A stretch of DNA of 64,000 nucleotides from Octopus vulgaris (GCA_951406725.2 OX597814.1:219542001-219606000), one strand, 5' to 3'. Shown: positions 34,295 to 48,389, counted from the first letter of the stretch. Notes: generated from the sequence alone by a model not told the origin. A program made the numbers and translations.

Positions 34295-35561
34295 CGGCAT
34301 GGTATCAAAATGTTCCCAGACTAGTTCTGTAGCATACCAACAGATGGCAGCACACAACTGCATGCGCAGTGAAAGCTAGCAGTGACATCTATGGGGCATT
34401 GTGCCGAGCGACATCATTGTGTTTACTTTGCAAGTTGTGGAATTTGTGTTTTTGTTATCCTGTGTGGATGCTGTAGTTTGCAATTTTGTCGCAGACAGGA
34501 AGTTGGAACGAAAAGTCAATGTGAAATTTTGTGTTGAACTTGGGAAGCCTGCTACAGAGACATTGAGCATGTTTTGGCAATGAAGTAATGGGTTGTTCAC
34601 AATGTTGCGAGTGGTATGGGCACTTCGAAAGCGGAAAAATATCCCTGGAAGACCTGCCGTGAGCATCACCTTTGGAAATGTGAAGAAATTCATCAGCTTG
34701 TACATGAGGTTTGCTGAAGGACAATCAATGACATTATTGTCATATGGGTCCATGCAGGCAATCCTAACATCGGAATGGAACATGCGCTGTATCTCTACCA
34801 AGTTTGACCCTGCCTGTGGACCATTAAGCAGAAAGAACATCATGTAGAAATCTGTCATGGTCTCTGTTCTGTGTGCTCTTGATGACCTGTCCTTCATGTT
34901 TAGGATCATTACTGGTGATGAGAGTTGGGTCTATGGATACAACCCTGAGACAAAGCAGCAGCTGTCACAATGGAAGAGCCCTCCATCTCCATAATTGAAG
35001 AAAGCACGGCAGAGCCGTAGCTCAGTCAAGAACATGCTTGTTGTTTTTTATCGCATCCCCAGTATTGTGCAGTGGGAATTCCTCCCCCAGGGCCAGACCA
35101 GTAATCAAGAGTTCTACTGTGATGTTTTGAAGCATTTGGGGGAGGGCATTCGATGAAAGTTACCAGATCTGTGGATTGTGAAGAATTGGATTCTTCACGA
35201 TGTCACCCTGTCACCGAGCTCTCCTCACTTGCGAGTTTCTCGCCAAAAACAACATGGTCTTGCTTCTGCACTTGTCCTATTTGCTGTATTTAGCACATAC
35301 AAACTTCCATCTCTTCCCCAAGATGAAAATGCTGCTCAAAGGTTGCCATTTTAATGCTGTTGTCAAGATCCAGAGAGAATTGTGGTAAGTCTCCTCCACG
35401 CCTACAGAAAACAACTTTCAGGTAGGATTCCAAAAGTGGCAGGAATGCTGTGACTGGTGTGTTGCTATGCAGGGTGACTGTTTCAAAGCAGATGATGTTA
35501 AAATTTAGGTAAGTTATTTTTTATTAAATATAACTGGTCTGGGAACCTTTTGATACCACCA
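34295..35561 (+). mobile_element. Near full-length decayed mariner (about 1.27 kb)
   Basis: TA-flanked TIRs tggtatcaaaatgttcccagactagtt / aactggtctgggaaccttttgatacca; VKFCVELGKPATET, IITGDESWVYGYNPETKQQ and FHLFPKMK motifs. Confidence 0.85.
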
Positions 35562-35851
35562 TACTTGAACCAAAGACCATGTGTACAAGCTATATCTTTT
35601 GTGTCCTTGGTAACTAATACTTCAGGTGAATTTTTTACTTGAGATACATTTATTTCAAAGTAGGATTTGACATGTTAGATGTGCAATGCAGGCATGATTC
35701 ACAGTTGATCCAGTTCGCTTCACTTACGTATTTATCTTTTATACCCAGAAATTCCAATTGTAATTAATAACCTGGGAAGAAATGATCTCTGACAGGTTGA
35801 AGAATTGCCCTTGGCTTGCTGGGTAAAAATGAAGTTTTTAGAGGTTACATG

Positions 35852-35935
<84 letters not shown>

Positions 35936-36276
35936 TGGTATGGTGATACAAGCAGGAAAAATAGAACTCAGATGTATAAACCTACGGCTCTTTGACTTGT
36001 AACTTGTTTGATAAGTGTCATTGCATGAAACTTTCAAACCTTGAGTCCCTCTGTTGCTTTTGCTAAATGTTAGTTTATATATGTTCATATATATATATAA
36101 TGGTATAATTATAAACTGTTTATACAGTCAACAAATGCAGCAGTTACACTATGAAGGAGTCCCTAATTTGCATACCAAAAGTGTTTAACACTCTAATATA
36201 ATATATGTATATATAATAAAAATGCGGTCACGGGAGTGTGACGAAAGAACTCTGGCCAAAGTAAGATTAAGATTAA

Positions 36277-37125
36277 TCATCATCATCGTTTAACGTCCGT
36301 TCTCCATGCTAGCATGGGTTGGACGGTTCGACTGGGGATCTGGGAAGCCAGAAGGCTGCACCTGGCAATGTTTCTACAGCTGGATGCCCTTCCTAAAGCC
36401 AAAAATAAATAACGCTGAAGCAAATTAACACCAAATATATAGTGCGTGTGTTTTTATTGGCTAAACTGGCAAAATGACCATTCATAAATACAACAATAAT
36501 AAAATATGATATAATATATAAATAATTCTTATTTCAATCATCATCATCGTTTAACGTCCATTTTCCATGCTAGCATGGGTTGGATGGTTTGACTGAGGTC
36601 TGGAGAGCCAGCGGCTGCACCAGGCTCCAATCTGATCTGTCAATGTTTCTACAGCTGGATGCTCTTCCTAATGCCAACCACTCCAAGAGTGTAGTGGGTG
36701 CTTTTTACATGCCACCGGCATGGGAGCCAGTCAGGCGGGCCTGACATCAATCACATTCGGATGGTGTTTCTTACGTGCCACCGGCACAAGAGCCAGTCAG
36801 TGGGTACTGGCCACAGCTACAATATTTGTTTTACTTGACTCAACAGATCTTCTCTAGCATATCATATCACCTGACGCATCAGGGGTACTCTTAACAGGGC
36901 CAGACATGCATGGCTGCGATCTCACTTTAGTTGCCAGGTCTTCTTAATCACAGCATATCTCCAAAGGTCCTGGTCTCCTGTCATTGCCGCTGTGAAGCCC
37001 AATGTTCGAAGGTCATGCTTCACCATCACATCCCATGTCTTCCTGGGTCTATCTCTTCCACAGGTTCCTTCTACAGTTAGGGAGTGGCACTTGTTCACAC
37101 AGCTGTCTTCACTTATACATAATAC
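36277..37125 (-). mobile_element. Two RTE 3' ends; 36538-37125 includes the ORF C-terminus
   Basis: Minus frame EDSCVNKCHSLTVEGTCGRDRPRKTWDVMVKHDLRTLG directly upstream of a related 3' UTR. Confidence 0.8.
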
Positions 37126-37699
37126 ATTATTATATGGATTAATTCTGCCGAGGTTGACTTAGCCTTTCATCTTTTCAGGCTCGATGAAATAAGTACCAGT
37201 CAAGTACTGAGGTTGATAAAATCAACTAGCTTTTTCCTACTCAAATTTCAGGCCTTGTGCCTATAGTAGAAAGGATTGTTATATGATTTCCATAGAAAAT
37301 CTTTTATTGACAAAACATTACTGCACACGATACAAAGAATACCTCTTTTCCATTTTAGTTTTGTCAAGGTTTTCTCAAGGACAGTCATAAAACCAAAAAC
37401 AAAAAGATATGGGTATTTATGCATTATGTATTGACCATGGAATAAAAGGTATTGCACTGAATAAGTGTATCTTTTCTGTTGCTATTATGGTTTTCTAATT
37501 TTTAAAATTTTGTTCCAGTTGTTTTCAAATTTGGAGTTTTGTTGTAGAGTTTGTATGCTAATTATGGAAATGAAATTCATTTTACCATAAATTAATGAAT
37601 AAAAAACTAATAGCTTTTAAAGTTTGCAAATTTTGGGCAATTTTAACCAATTGAAAGCCACAGATACCTTGGTGCCTGTTTACACAGCAACGAGCCAAG

Positions 37700-38230
37700 C
37701 TGTAGTCTGCTCCTGAAAAGGATGCAATGAGTGTGTGTCTTGTCAGAAAAGAGACATGGATTAAGGAATTGACTTCAGTTCAGTTTTGTGTTGAAGAACC
37801 GAGTAGGAGCCACTGCACACCTGTTGATTACAAGAGCTACATTTGTGTAATATATGTCCAAGCTTTTAAATGTGAAATTGTTGTCAGCGGCTGATTGGGT
37901 GGGATCAAAAGCAGTTTTGACCCTATGGACCCAATCAGCCGCTAAAGATCTGGTATTTCCAGATTTTTTGAAAATGGCCGGTTGCAGGTACCCAGTGATG
38001 CTTGAGGGACACCCCTCAAGTGTCACCTGTGCCATATTAAGAAGAACTGTCCCCAGCACCAAAGTAGGGTCTTGGAGCAGTTAGTAAAAGTAGCGCTCCC
38101 CTCCTCCTCCTTCAGAGGGAAAGATGGAAGCAGTCGAGGAGGTGGAGACCTCCTCAAAAAAGGGGAAAAAAGGAAGAAGGTGGGCAACCATCGTTGCCCA
38201 CCTTCTTCTGCACTCTTTCCTTTAACCAAA
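37700..38230 (+). pseudogene. Decayed gag-like ORF1 of a non-LTR element (Tx1/L1-like), zinc-knuckle remnant
   Basis: YPVMLEGHP then, frameshifted, KCHLCHIKKNCP followed by a basic GEKRKK tract. Confidence 0.45.
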
Positions 38231-39169
38231 TTCCACTTACAAGGTATTGGCCAGCCTATGGCTGTGATAGAAGACATTCAGTATTGACCCCATAAGGTTG
38301 TGAAAAAACTCCTTAATCACAGAGCCATGCTTTCCTTCATATTTGAAGACATACTTCCTCATGCTATAGCGATTGATTATCAGGATTGAGCTACTTGCCA
38401 ACCATTAACTTCTGAGCTCAAAATCCTCATTTTAGCCATTGTGATCCTTACACTACGAATGTCAGTCTGCCAAATTGTGAATAGGGATCACTTCCATTTC
38501 ACAGATAATGTCCAGAAGAAAGCCTAGTTTTGAAAATAGCATGTCCCAAACAATTTACATGCAAATCTTAAAACTTGTGAAAAAAAGGAGAAAAAATTAA
38601 TTGTACTACAAAGCCAACAGATGTAAGAACTTATTAAAAAGGAAAGGAAGGATATTGAATTGGAAGATCTACAACATTTAAGGTTTTAGATGTAGTGTGG
38701 TTTGAATTATGGAGTTGATTGGTTAAGACTACGAGTGTAAAGGTCAGAAATTGAAATGTAGCCACAAACTTTGCATTATATTCGTAGGCAAAACTTCCTG
38801 TCGGGAATTTATGTTAATGCCATGCTATTAATTATTCCTTTCATGAATCACAATTTTCCATACAACTGGTGTCTCTTTCGTTTTTTTTTTTTTTCTCTCT
38901 CTCAAGCTATTACAGAATGTTTAACTAGAGAAAATATAGTAAATTACCAGTAAAAGTGGTTAGTTTCATCCTTTGAGTTCAGTTGGGCAGTGGTTGGGCT
39001 AAAAATAGGTACCAGTAATATATGGCAGTAGATTTGATTGACTATACACCCTCCTGTAAAATATGCAATGTTGAATTTGTCAAAAGAGATAAGTTCTTTA
39101 CCTGACTAGTGATTAGATAATTTTCAGCTCTTCTTTCTGTATTGACTTTGAAGAAGCACAATTTATAAT

Positions 39170-39780
39170 CAACTTAGGAAGAGACCAACCAACTACTAAT
39201 TTTACCTTGTGTTTTCATCATTACAATAACCATCTCTGGAGCTGAAACCTTCCCTACCTTTAATTCATTGATCACCTTACTAATTATGCTTGAACTAATC
39301 TCTATAGTTGGCTGCTTTATTGGTTTTGCTGTTTCATAATCCCATTTACATTCCTTATTAAACAACCTCGGATACTGCCACTTCTACACCTCTTTCTTTT
39401 CACAGATATTGAAGGTAGTGTGAAAGTTTCATTTTGGATACGGTTCTATGTAATTACATCCTAGTTCTTGTATATTGGGATACTTAATGTCTCTTGTCCA
39501 CACCTGCAGATTATTTCCCGATATTTCACTTTGTTTCTCTCTTTTTTCCCATTCTTCCAAGACTGTCACTTAGTTTTTAAAGCACTATTCACCAAATTAC
39601 TTCATCATCACACTGCTATCTGTTTGGCCGGGATCCTGCTCCAGACATCCATTTATCCATAAAATTTGGTCATTTCCTTGTAGCATGTTGATTCTTAGCA
39701 AATCTCAGATGATTTCTCTGTTATTGTTCCCTATCTTCTAACGATCTAAATAGGTGTCATAAAGTGTTATTTGAAAGTCA
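39170..39780 (-). pseudogene. Old RTE ORF fragment (between endonuclease and RT)
   Basis: LFNKECKWD...IISKVINELKVGKVSAPEM resembles the segment preceding the RT seen at 21669; heavily decayed. Confidence 0.5.
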
Positions 39781-39846
39781 CACCTTAAAGTAAGTTTTTT
39801 TAACTTCAAAGTTGTAATAGGTTCCTGCATTTCCAACACTTAATGC

Positions 39847-39902
<56 letters not shown>

Positions 39903-40139
39903 ATCATTGTTGTTTTAATGTCCACTTTTCCATGCTTACATGAGTCAGATGGATTTTCTTGAGGTAGATTTTTACAGCTTGATACCCCTCCTGTTGTCAG
40001 CCCTCACCTGTTTCGGATCCTCCAGAGCCAGACATTATTTTTTGCTTCATAGATTTGGAATGTGCAGTGTTGGTTTGCAACCATCACATATTATAAAGAC
40101 AAGAGGCCTCCATATCCACAAATACATACATTATTTATA

Positions 40140-40690
40140 TCTCTTCTATCTTTTTTTCTTGTTTCAGTTATTAGACTGGGGAACCACCTTGAAGAATTTT
40201 AGTCCAATGAATTGACCCCAATACTTGCTATTTTTTTGTAAAGCCTGGTACCTTTTATATTAGCCTCTTTTGCTGAACCACTAAGTTATGGGGATGTAAA
40301 TGCACCAACACCAGTTGTCAAGCAGTGGTGGGGGACAAACATACACACACACACATGTGACAAGTTTCTTTCAGTTTCCCTCTCCCAAATCCACTGACAA
40401 GGCTTTAGCTGACCTGGAGATATATGAGGAGACACTTGCCCAAGGTGCCACACAGTGGGACTGAACCTAAAACCATGTGGTTGAGAAGCAAACTTCTTAC
40501 CACACAGCCATGCTTGTGCCTATTTATAGATTTCTTTCAGTTTCCGTCTAGTGAATCTACTCGTACTCACAAGGCTTTGTTTGTTCCAAGGGCTCTAGTA
40601 AAAGACACTTGTCCTTGTCTAAGGTGCCTCACAGACCCAAACTTCATGATTGTGAAGCAAGCTTCTTAACCACACACCCATGCCTGGGCC
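40140..40690 (-). mobile_element. Older SINE family A copy plus a second head fragment
   Basis: Diverged matches to 19730-20149. Confidence 0.75.
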
Positions 40691-40946
40691 TGCAGTTTTG
40701 TGTTTGAGACATTTAACTTGTTCTAAGTAAGGACTATAAGTAGTATATTTTACTTCTGTAAGCAACAATAGCACTGTCTCTCTTTTTCACTTGCTGTCCT
40801 TAGTTGAATTTGTTTTTCTACTAACTGCACTAGTTTAATTAGTACCATCAGCCCCTGACCCGTGGGGGTCTGGAAAGGATTTGTTTAGCTAAAATTCATT
40901 GTGGCTATTGATGATTTTGCATCAGTAAGTTTCAATTGCTGTTTAA

Positions 40947-41175
40947 CCCTTTAGTGTTCGTATTATTCTGCCAAAATTAATCCTTTTTTATCCACATTGC
41001 CTTGAACTAATCAGGCATTATCTTGGAGCTATGAGATTTTGATGAGGTAGCTGTTAATTTTTAAAACAATATTGTGAGGTTGTGGGGTTGGTGTGAGAGA
41101 CCAGATCTGGCCAGTTTGAACATAAAACAGGTAGAATACTTTTGGCCGGATATGGCCGGTTTAAATGCTAAAGGG
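40947..41175. mobile_element. TTAA-targeting (piggyBac-like) MITE
   Basis: TTAA|ccctttag...ctaaaggg|TTAA; second copy at 54436-54654. Confidence 0.8.
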
Positions 41176-43308
41176 TTAAAAACCTCGGTCATTCTTGTTT
41201 GAAGAGGCCCACGATGAAAGGCTTTAACAGCTATGGCCATTCCATTTTGTTTTCAGGAATAGTGTGTTATTTTTTTCTCCCTATTTTTAAAGATTGTAGG
41301 GTATAATCTGAAGAAAATGTAGCTATCATTTCTAGCAGATTTAGAGAGTCGTGGAAACTTTTCTTGGCTTGATAGATAACTGTTATGTTTGGTGTGCCTC
41401 AAGAAACATGTAAGACATTTCAAGATGAGATGTTATTTCGCTTGCATTCATTTCTCATATTTTGGTTTTCATAATAATCAACAAGTATTGTAGGTTCATT
41501 CTTGGCACTAAGTTTTTAGATGTAATAATAAATAATAATTTAACTTAAGACTTGTTATATTACAGTAAATCCCAAATACTAGGTTTTCTCTCGAGGGCGA
41601 GAAAATTCATTATCTTTGATCAGTTGCTATAAAGCACAAAGTACATCCTACTTTGTGTGTTGTTCACATACCTGAGATAGTATTGCTGCCACACACACAT
41701 GCCTTCCTAGACTGCATCTCTAAAAAAAGCTTATACTGTGCCCCCACTTTTGGTCCATTTGTTACGTTATTTGTCTCAGTCCCAAAACTTTTCACTAAAC
41801 ACTTTGCATAAACCTACCTACAAATTGTGTTATGCTTATTGTTACTCTGAACAAGAATAACTATGAAAGAATAGTTTATGTTAAAAGCTAAAATTGTTGT
41901 GCAAAATACATACTTTTGTGTTAAGCTAGGAAATTATTTAATCCCAAGTCAAGATTTGTCAGTAGCAATTGAGGAAATATTGTGTTGATATGAAAACAGC
42001 CTATTGATATGCTGGATACCAAATAAAAGAATGATGCCATGATTGGACAGTCTTCAATTAAACATGTTCTTAACCTCAGTTTTGCTACTTCTATGTTTCT
42101 TAGGTATTTTGGACCTGGAATACATTATCTCAACGTGTCTTGTAGATTTGTTCCATTGAAGATTTAAATAATTTACATGTTGGATCATAATAGTGATGGA
42201 AATGCTAGTTTATTCTCGGATTACTAATTGCTAGTAATGTCATTGGCACCAGTTTTCTTTACGGTTGACTGAGCTATGTGCAACATATGCCATATAACTT
42301 GGCTGTTGAAGCTTTCATATTCAAGTAGTGATTTGTGGGAGAATACACTGGAAAGTTGTGATGCACTGGAGTTGGATCAGTGCATTACAGGTACATTTTG
42401 TTTGGAAATAAAAAAAAAAAAAAGAATTAAGTGATGCAATTGGTATGGGAAGATAGCAAAAAAATGTTTTAAAACTGAAAACTTAGGAAAAGAATATAGA
42501 ATATTATTGCTTACGTGTGGCTTGATGGTTATGACCCACGAACCTTGCAAAGGGTGGTTGTTCCCACCACTCACTCACTTGGGGTGAACTTAATCTATAT
42601 TGAAGTCTGCTCTCTCTGTCCCCACCCTTTTCGAAACTTTTGGTTTCGTTTGGGGCAGAAAAGGTCCAGTCGATTGAGGGCACCTGCGGTGTCCTATAGG
42701 AACATCGCTGTGGGTGATGTAGGTGGGGATACACACCTGCGGTGTCCGATCGGAACAACGGCAGCGAGGGGAGTGGGTGGATTGACCATCAGGTTTGTCT
42801 GGTACGTTATAATCATACTTTTCTACGACAAATTTATGAATAACACATTTTGTTTTTTGAAGACACTAAGCATTAGTATAGGTTTTCTAAAGCGTTAAAT
42901 TATAGTTTTGAAAATCTGCAACACACTCAGTGCACCAGTATTGCAGTGCACCAGAATGCTGCTGCATGCTATTTTAGAAGCAGTGATCTATAGTTTCAGT
43001 GTCTAAAATTTTTGGTGCAGATGCATCTTCTCTTCATCTGCTCTGCCAGCAGACATCACCAGTCATTCATAAAGTTTGGAAATTCATAATTTTTCTTGGG
43101 AAAAGATGCCAAAGTTGTTTCTCATTGCCTGCTGTCAATTTACAGCCTACTTTGCCTGTTTCCTGCTCTCTGGATCTTACTCTTGTAACCTAGGGTCAAC
43201 TTAATCCATGTGCAAGGGGACCGGTCGCATGTCATCAGCACACATCCACACACAGCAGGCCTGTATCACATTGATGTCTGGGTGCCCTGCCCGCCCTCCC
43301 CCTAAGTC

Positions 43309-44069
43309 TGCCTGTCGGCTCTACTCCTGCAACTCAACTTGATTTCGAGCCGGGTCGTCTGCTGCTGGAGAGGACCGATCAGGTAAAGGACCTGGGTATC
43401 TTGGTGGATTCCTCCTTTTCGCCTTCGGCCCAGTGTGTCCATGCTGCCAACAAAGCGCGCGGAATTCTGTTTTTGATTCGACGGTCATTCGGAATGCTCA
43501 CAGCAGCCATATTCCTGCCACTCTATGTCACGCTGGTGAGACCCATATTGGAGTATGGGATTCAAGCCTCTTCTCCTTATCTCCTCAAAGACATACAGCA
43601 CCTCGAAAGAGTCCAGAGGCTGGCTACCCGCATGGTTCATGGTCTCAAAAATTTGTCCTACGAAGAAAGGCTGAGGACGCTCGACCTTTGTTCTCTTGAA
43701 AAACGCCGCCGCCGTGGTGATCTCATTCTCGCCCACAACATCATAAGCGGGAAGTGTAACCTCTCGAAAGAGCTGTTCTTCACTCCTGCTCCGGAGCGTC
43801 GGCTGCGGGGTCATTCCGAAAAGCTCTACCTGCGACGATTTCATCTCAATCGAAGGAGAGGAGCTTTCTCCGTCCGGGTTGCGGATCCGTGGAACAAGCT
43901 GCCAGACGAGATGGTGAAGATGCCGACGACCGCTTTGTTCAAAGCCTCCCTGGGCCTCAAGTGGCCTGAACTCTTTACATGAACACCACCCTGTACTTAA
44001 CTCCATGTCCCCCTACATGGCCTTGCTATTTGCTTTTGAGCCAAATTAACTAACTAACTAACTAACTAA
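43309..44069 (+). mobile_element. Young 5'-truncated CR1/L2-group LINE
   Basis: Open frame VKDLGILVD...LYVTLVRPILEY...LERVQRLATRM...LSYEERL...RRRRGDLI...FSVRVADPWNKLP; (TAAC)n tail; TSD ctaagtc (43302-43308, 44070-44076). Confidence 0.9.
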
Positions 44070-44959
44070 CTAAGTCCCATATGCCTTAGCCACAGGACCA
44101 TCTGCTTTTATGTTCTGCTGCTGGGACTATAGCTCAGTGTGCTATCGCTCAAAGGTGAGGACAGACCTAGGAACTTTGGTATATAAATTTAACTCTCTAC
44201 CCTCCAAGTGCTTTCATAAAATTATGACAACTTTTAACTTAAATATGAACAGTTTAAATCAAGGTAGTTTTTTTTAATCAAAAAGCCATAAATGCTCTCG
44301 GGTAGGTTGTAATTGAAAAGATTAACTCTATAGTATCTACTTTGAGCTTATATATAAATATATATGTGTGTGTCTGGACACTAGACACATGTTTGTAAAT
44401 AATTTCTATCTGATGGAACAATCAGAAGAATTAATTTTTGTGTCTTTTGAGAGAAAATTTCAGATTCAAAACTGTGTATTTGTTGCCACCACATCTGTTT
44501 TTAACTTAGCATACTTCAGGTTTCAAGGGAACAATGTAAATGTAGAAATTATAAAGAATGGTTTGATATAGATATCTTACAATTAGCCTGTTTGTATATA
44601 TCTGCAGAAATAAAGTAAAGAAATAAATGGTTAATTTCAACTTCTTCTTCACATGTTCATGTCCTTCCTTCCTCCCCTAATTCTAGCTAGGTCATTTTAT
44701 GCAGTGTACAATGGCACAATTATTTCGTTTTCTATGTTGGTGTTATTAATGAAGTTAAGACTGTTTACATTGACACAACGGCATAATTACAGATTTCTGC
44801 CCCCACCGATTTTGGATGATCATAACTTTCAGAAAAATGGATATTTTTTAAAGAAATTTTCTTTTAGGAGGAGGTGGGGTGGGGAATTTCTGAAAATTCA
44901 CCAGAGTCCACTTCAATTTGTCTTAACTTTCAAGAAAATGGATATTTTTTAATGAAATC

Positions 44960-45500
44960 CTCTACAAATATACCTCAGCTTTTCCTTTCAGAAAATTAGG
45001 ATGTAAAGGATTATGCAAAATGTTTTGGGATTGAAACAAGTGGATTAGGTGTGAAGATTGTGGAGGAGGTGTAAGCTTTATATCCACAGTAATATCTTTG
45101 CAAATTGCAGCATTGCTTTTGAGTAACGACATTGCCTGGTTCAATGTTTTATGTTCTCTTTGGTTTGACTTCTTCAGCTTGACTCAAATATCTCCAGAAC
45201 GGATTGATTATCTTTGTTGCAGCCTGATCCAAGAATTGTCTTTGTACTAATCTTAATCTAATAGCATATGTTTGAATTGTATGCTTAATCAGAATATTAT
45301 GAACTTGATTTCGAATGTTGTCCAGCTGGGATTTTCCAAGCTTACAGTGATCTGGGTTTTTCCATTTAACCATGTTTGTTAATCTGTGCACATTCTATCA
45401 ACATAAGCCTTTCTTTTCTATTAATCTTTCTGCTTAGGTTAACTCTTCTGCAATCTCTTTAAATCTCTTGCTGCTAACTTTCTCATTAAACTAAGATAAC
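44960..45500 (-). pseudogene. Decayed R4/Dong-like non-LTR ORF fragment (upstream of RT)
   Basis: QLDNIR...IQTYAIRLR...FW and FQSQNILHNP..PNFLKGK pieces fit the pre-RT region of RLE-type elements; weak. Confidence 0.4.
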
Positions 45501-45779
45501 TCTGCTCTACTCTTGAGTTTTAGAAGATTCTAGATCATTGTGGGAGATATCTAATTCTTCAGAGATATCTAGTACCGAGAGCCGCTGTTCTCTAGTTTCT
45601 CTCTGTTTGATATTGCCCAGTATCTATTGGAGGGTTTTCAACTTATAATCGAAAACATATGGTGAATTAGTTAATTTATTTACTAAATTGCCTATAATTT
45701 TGCTTTCTTTTTACAATCATTATTCAATTATCATTCATTTTCATTTTATGTTTCCATAATTATTTTCTGAATTATACTC

Positions 45780-46135
45780 AGAATCGAAATCGATCAATGG
45801 AAATTGCAGCTGAGTAACCAGTGCTGGTGGCACGTAAGAGAACCATCCGAACGTGGCCGTTGCCAGCGCCGCCCCGACTGGCCTCGTGCCGGAGGCACGT
45901 AAAAAGCACCATCCGTTCGTGGCCGTTTGCCAGACTCGTCTGGTACCTGTGCCGGTGGCACGTAAAAAGCACCCACTACACTCACGGAGTGGTTGGCGTT
46001 AGGAAGGGCATCCAGCCGTAGAAACATTGCCAGATCAAACTGGGCCTGGTGCAGCCTTCTGGCTTCCCAGACCCCAGTTGAACCGTCCAACCCATGCTAG
46101 CATGGAAAGCGGATGCTAAATGATGATGATGATGA
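45780..46135 (+). mobile_element. RTE 3' end (three hairpin units)
   Basis: Match to 22590-23080. Confidence 0.85.
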
Positions 46136-46403
46136 TTTTCAGGGTTTGCTGGCTTTATCTATTTAGAAATTCTTATTATTTTGTTTTCTCAGTTTACTTT
46201 CAACATATAATTACCCTTTGTTTCTACATTCTTAATATAAAATATAAAAGACCCTCTTTTATACTATTACCCTACACACCTGAATTAGATGGCTTTTGAA
46301 AGCAATCTCTTTCTAATTGACTCTTCTTATTTATTTTTGCATTTTGTTTTCTCCCTTTATTGATAATCCACTCTATCTTATTCCAAGCTTTTCTTGGTCA
46401 GTG

Positions 46404-46459
<56 letters not shown>

Positions 46460-46647
46460 AATGCAGAATGTCAAGAATGAAATGTGATCTGTGTAGTTTT
46501 AAATAAATTGACAGATGTTAAATCAGCATGGAACCTAACTCTGTGATGAAAGTGAAAGGTATGGATTAGTATAATGGTTTCTGAGAGAAGTTTAGAGAAC
46601 TTGCTAGCTTTCTGTGGATGAGAGAGTTTATCTAAAATAATATTTGA

Positions 46648-46858
46648 TTCATCATCATCGTTTAACGTCCGTTTTCCTTGTTAGAATGGGTTGGATGGTT
46701 CAACCGGGGTCTGGGAAGCCAGGAGACTGCACCAGGCTCCAGTCTGATCTTGCAGTGTTTCTACAGCTGGATGCCCTTCCTAACGCCAACCACTCCGTGA
46801 GTGTAGTGGATGAATTTTACGTGCCATTGGCACAGGGGCCAGAGGAGGCTGGCAACGT
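46648..46858 (-). mobile_element. RTE 3' end
   Basis: Family terminal sequence. Confidence 0.8.
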
Positions 46859-47434
46859 CCAGTTGGTGCTAGACATATTAGCCAGTTTCAATCCTCAACT
46901 ACTGACAATACCTGTACTGGATAGTATAGGAGAGCTAACCTCAAGGTGAAATGATCTAGGAGTGTAACAGAAAACACACATGAACCTCATTGTTTTTAGC
47001 CCTTTAATTACCAATTTTTGCACCACATTGACTTTCTTTCAATTAATTTTGAAAACAATGAAGAATTTAGTAAAATAACTTAGTCGTTATTAAGCTGATG
47101 CTTGGAACATAGATTAACATAGAATTTTAATGAAAGGCCTTACTTTAGATCACTTTAAAACGGGGAATTTCTTTCATAGATCCAGCACTGTTCAGAGGCA
47201 GTTTAATATGAAAAAGGTAAAAGTAAAATCTACAATCAGAGGAAAGCAGGTGTGGCAGTGTGCAAAGAAGTTTGCTTGCCAACCACATTGTTCTGGGTTC
47301 ACTCCAACTGCCTGGCACCTTGGGCTAGTGTCTTCCACTATAGCCTCAGGCTGACCAAAGCATTGTGAGTGGATTTAGTAGACAGAAACTGAAAGAAGGT
47401 GGTGTATATATTTTTTGTTGTATATGTATAATTA

Positions 47435-47492
47435 TCTATCTTATAAATTAAAAGGCAAGTTCTCTGTGTGTGTTGTGTGAACCACTTTTGCT

Positions 47493-47547
<55 letters not shown>

Positions 47548-48104
47548 ATGTATATGTATGCATGTATATATGTATATGTATGTATATATATTCTTATATA
47601 CATACATATAGATATATATAAGACCAGCAGCCGCCCATGCATACTGGCCTCCTCTCTCCATGCCACCAGTGTTATCCAAGGGAAAGGCAAAAGGGGCCGA
47701 ACAGCTTGGTACCTGTGACGTCGCAACTCATTTCTACAGCTGAGTGAACTGGAGCAACAGGAAATAAAGTGTCTTGCTCAAGAACACAGCATGCAGCCCG
47801 GTCCGGGATTCGATCTCACAACCTCAGCATCGTAAGCTCGACGCTCTATATATATATGTGTGTGTGCGTACCTCCATTATCGCTTGGCAACTGATGTTGT
47901 TGTGTTCATATCCCCAGAACTGAGCTGTTGGACAAAAGGGACCAATAGAATAAGTACTAGGCTTACAAAGAATAAATCCTGGGGTCGATTTCTTCGACTG
48001 AAGGTGGTGCTCCAGCATGGCTGCAGTCACATGGCCGAATCAAGTGAAACAATAAAAAACACGATGCTATTTTATTGCTGAGCAATGCCGGGTATCTCTG
48101 CTAA
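47435..48104 (+). mobile_element. Probable non-autonomous Helitron carrying nested SINE D (47621-47846, minus) and a SINE A 3' half
   Basis: a|TCtatcttataaattaaaaggc start; end gctgagcaatgccggg-tatctctgCTAA|t resembles the other Helitron 3' ends. Confidence 0.55.
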
Positions 48105-48389
48105 TTATAATTATTTTAGTTCGTTTTGTTTGTCCTCGTTATTGTCCCGTACATTTGTTCGCTATTCCCAGTCGCATTTTGCAACTGGCGGCAGAAAGAG
48201 GGAACAATATGAATGATAACAGCATGAAATTGTAATTGTATTTTGGATGTTGACTGATGAGGGATTAGCCATGAATTTCCTGGTTGCTATGTTTTTGTCA
48301 AATTTTCCATTTGTTATCTTGCCGAATTTTCTGTTTGTTATACTTTTGTTAAATCCTTGAAATACTCACGCACACGCACACACACATAT

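Noticed and set aside
43195-43250. Minus-strand CTGATGA followed by a catg/catg stem
   Set aside because: GAAA is replaced by GATT and there is no stem III
45500-45570. Minus-strand ctgaaga...aaaactcaagagta hammerhead-like relic
   Set aside because: G12 is absent and stems I and II pair poorly; too degenerate to call
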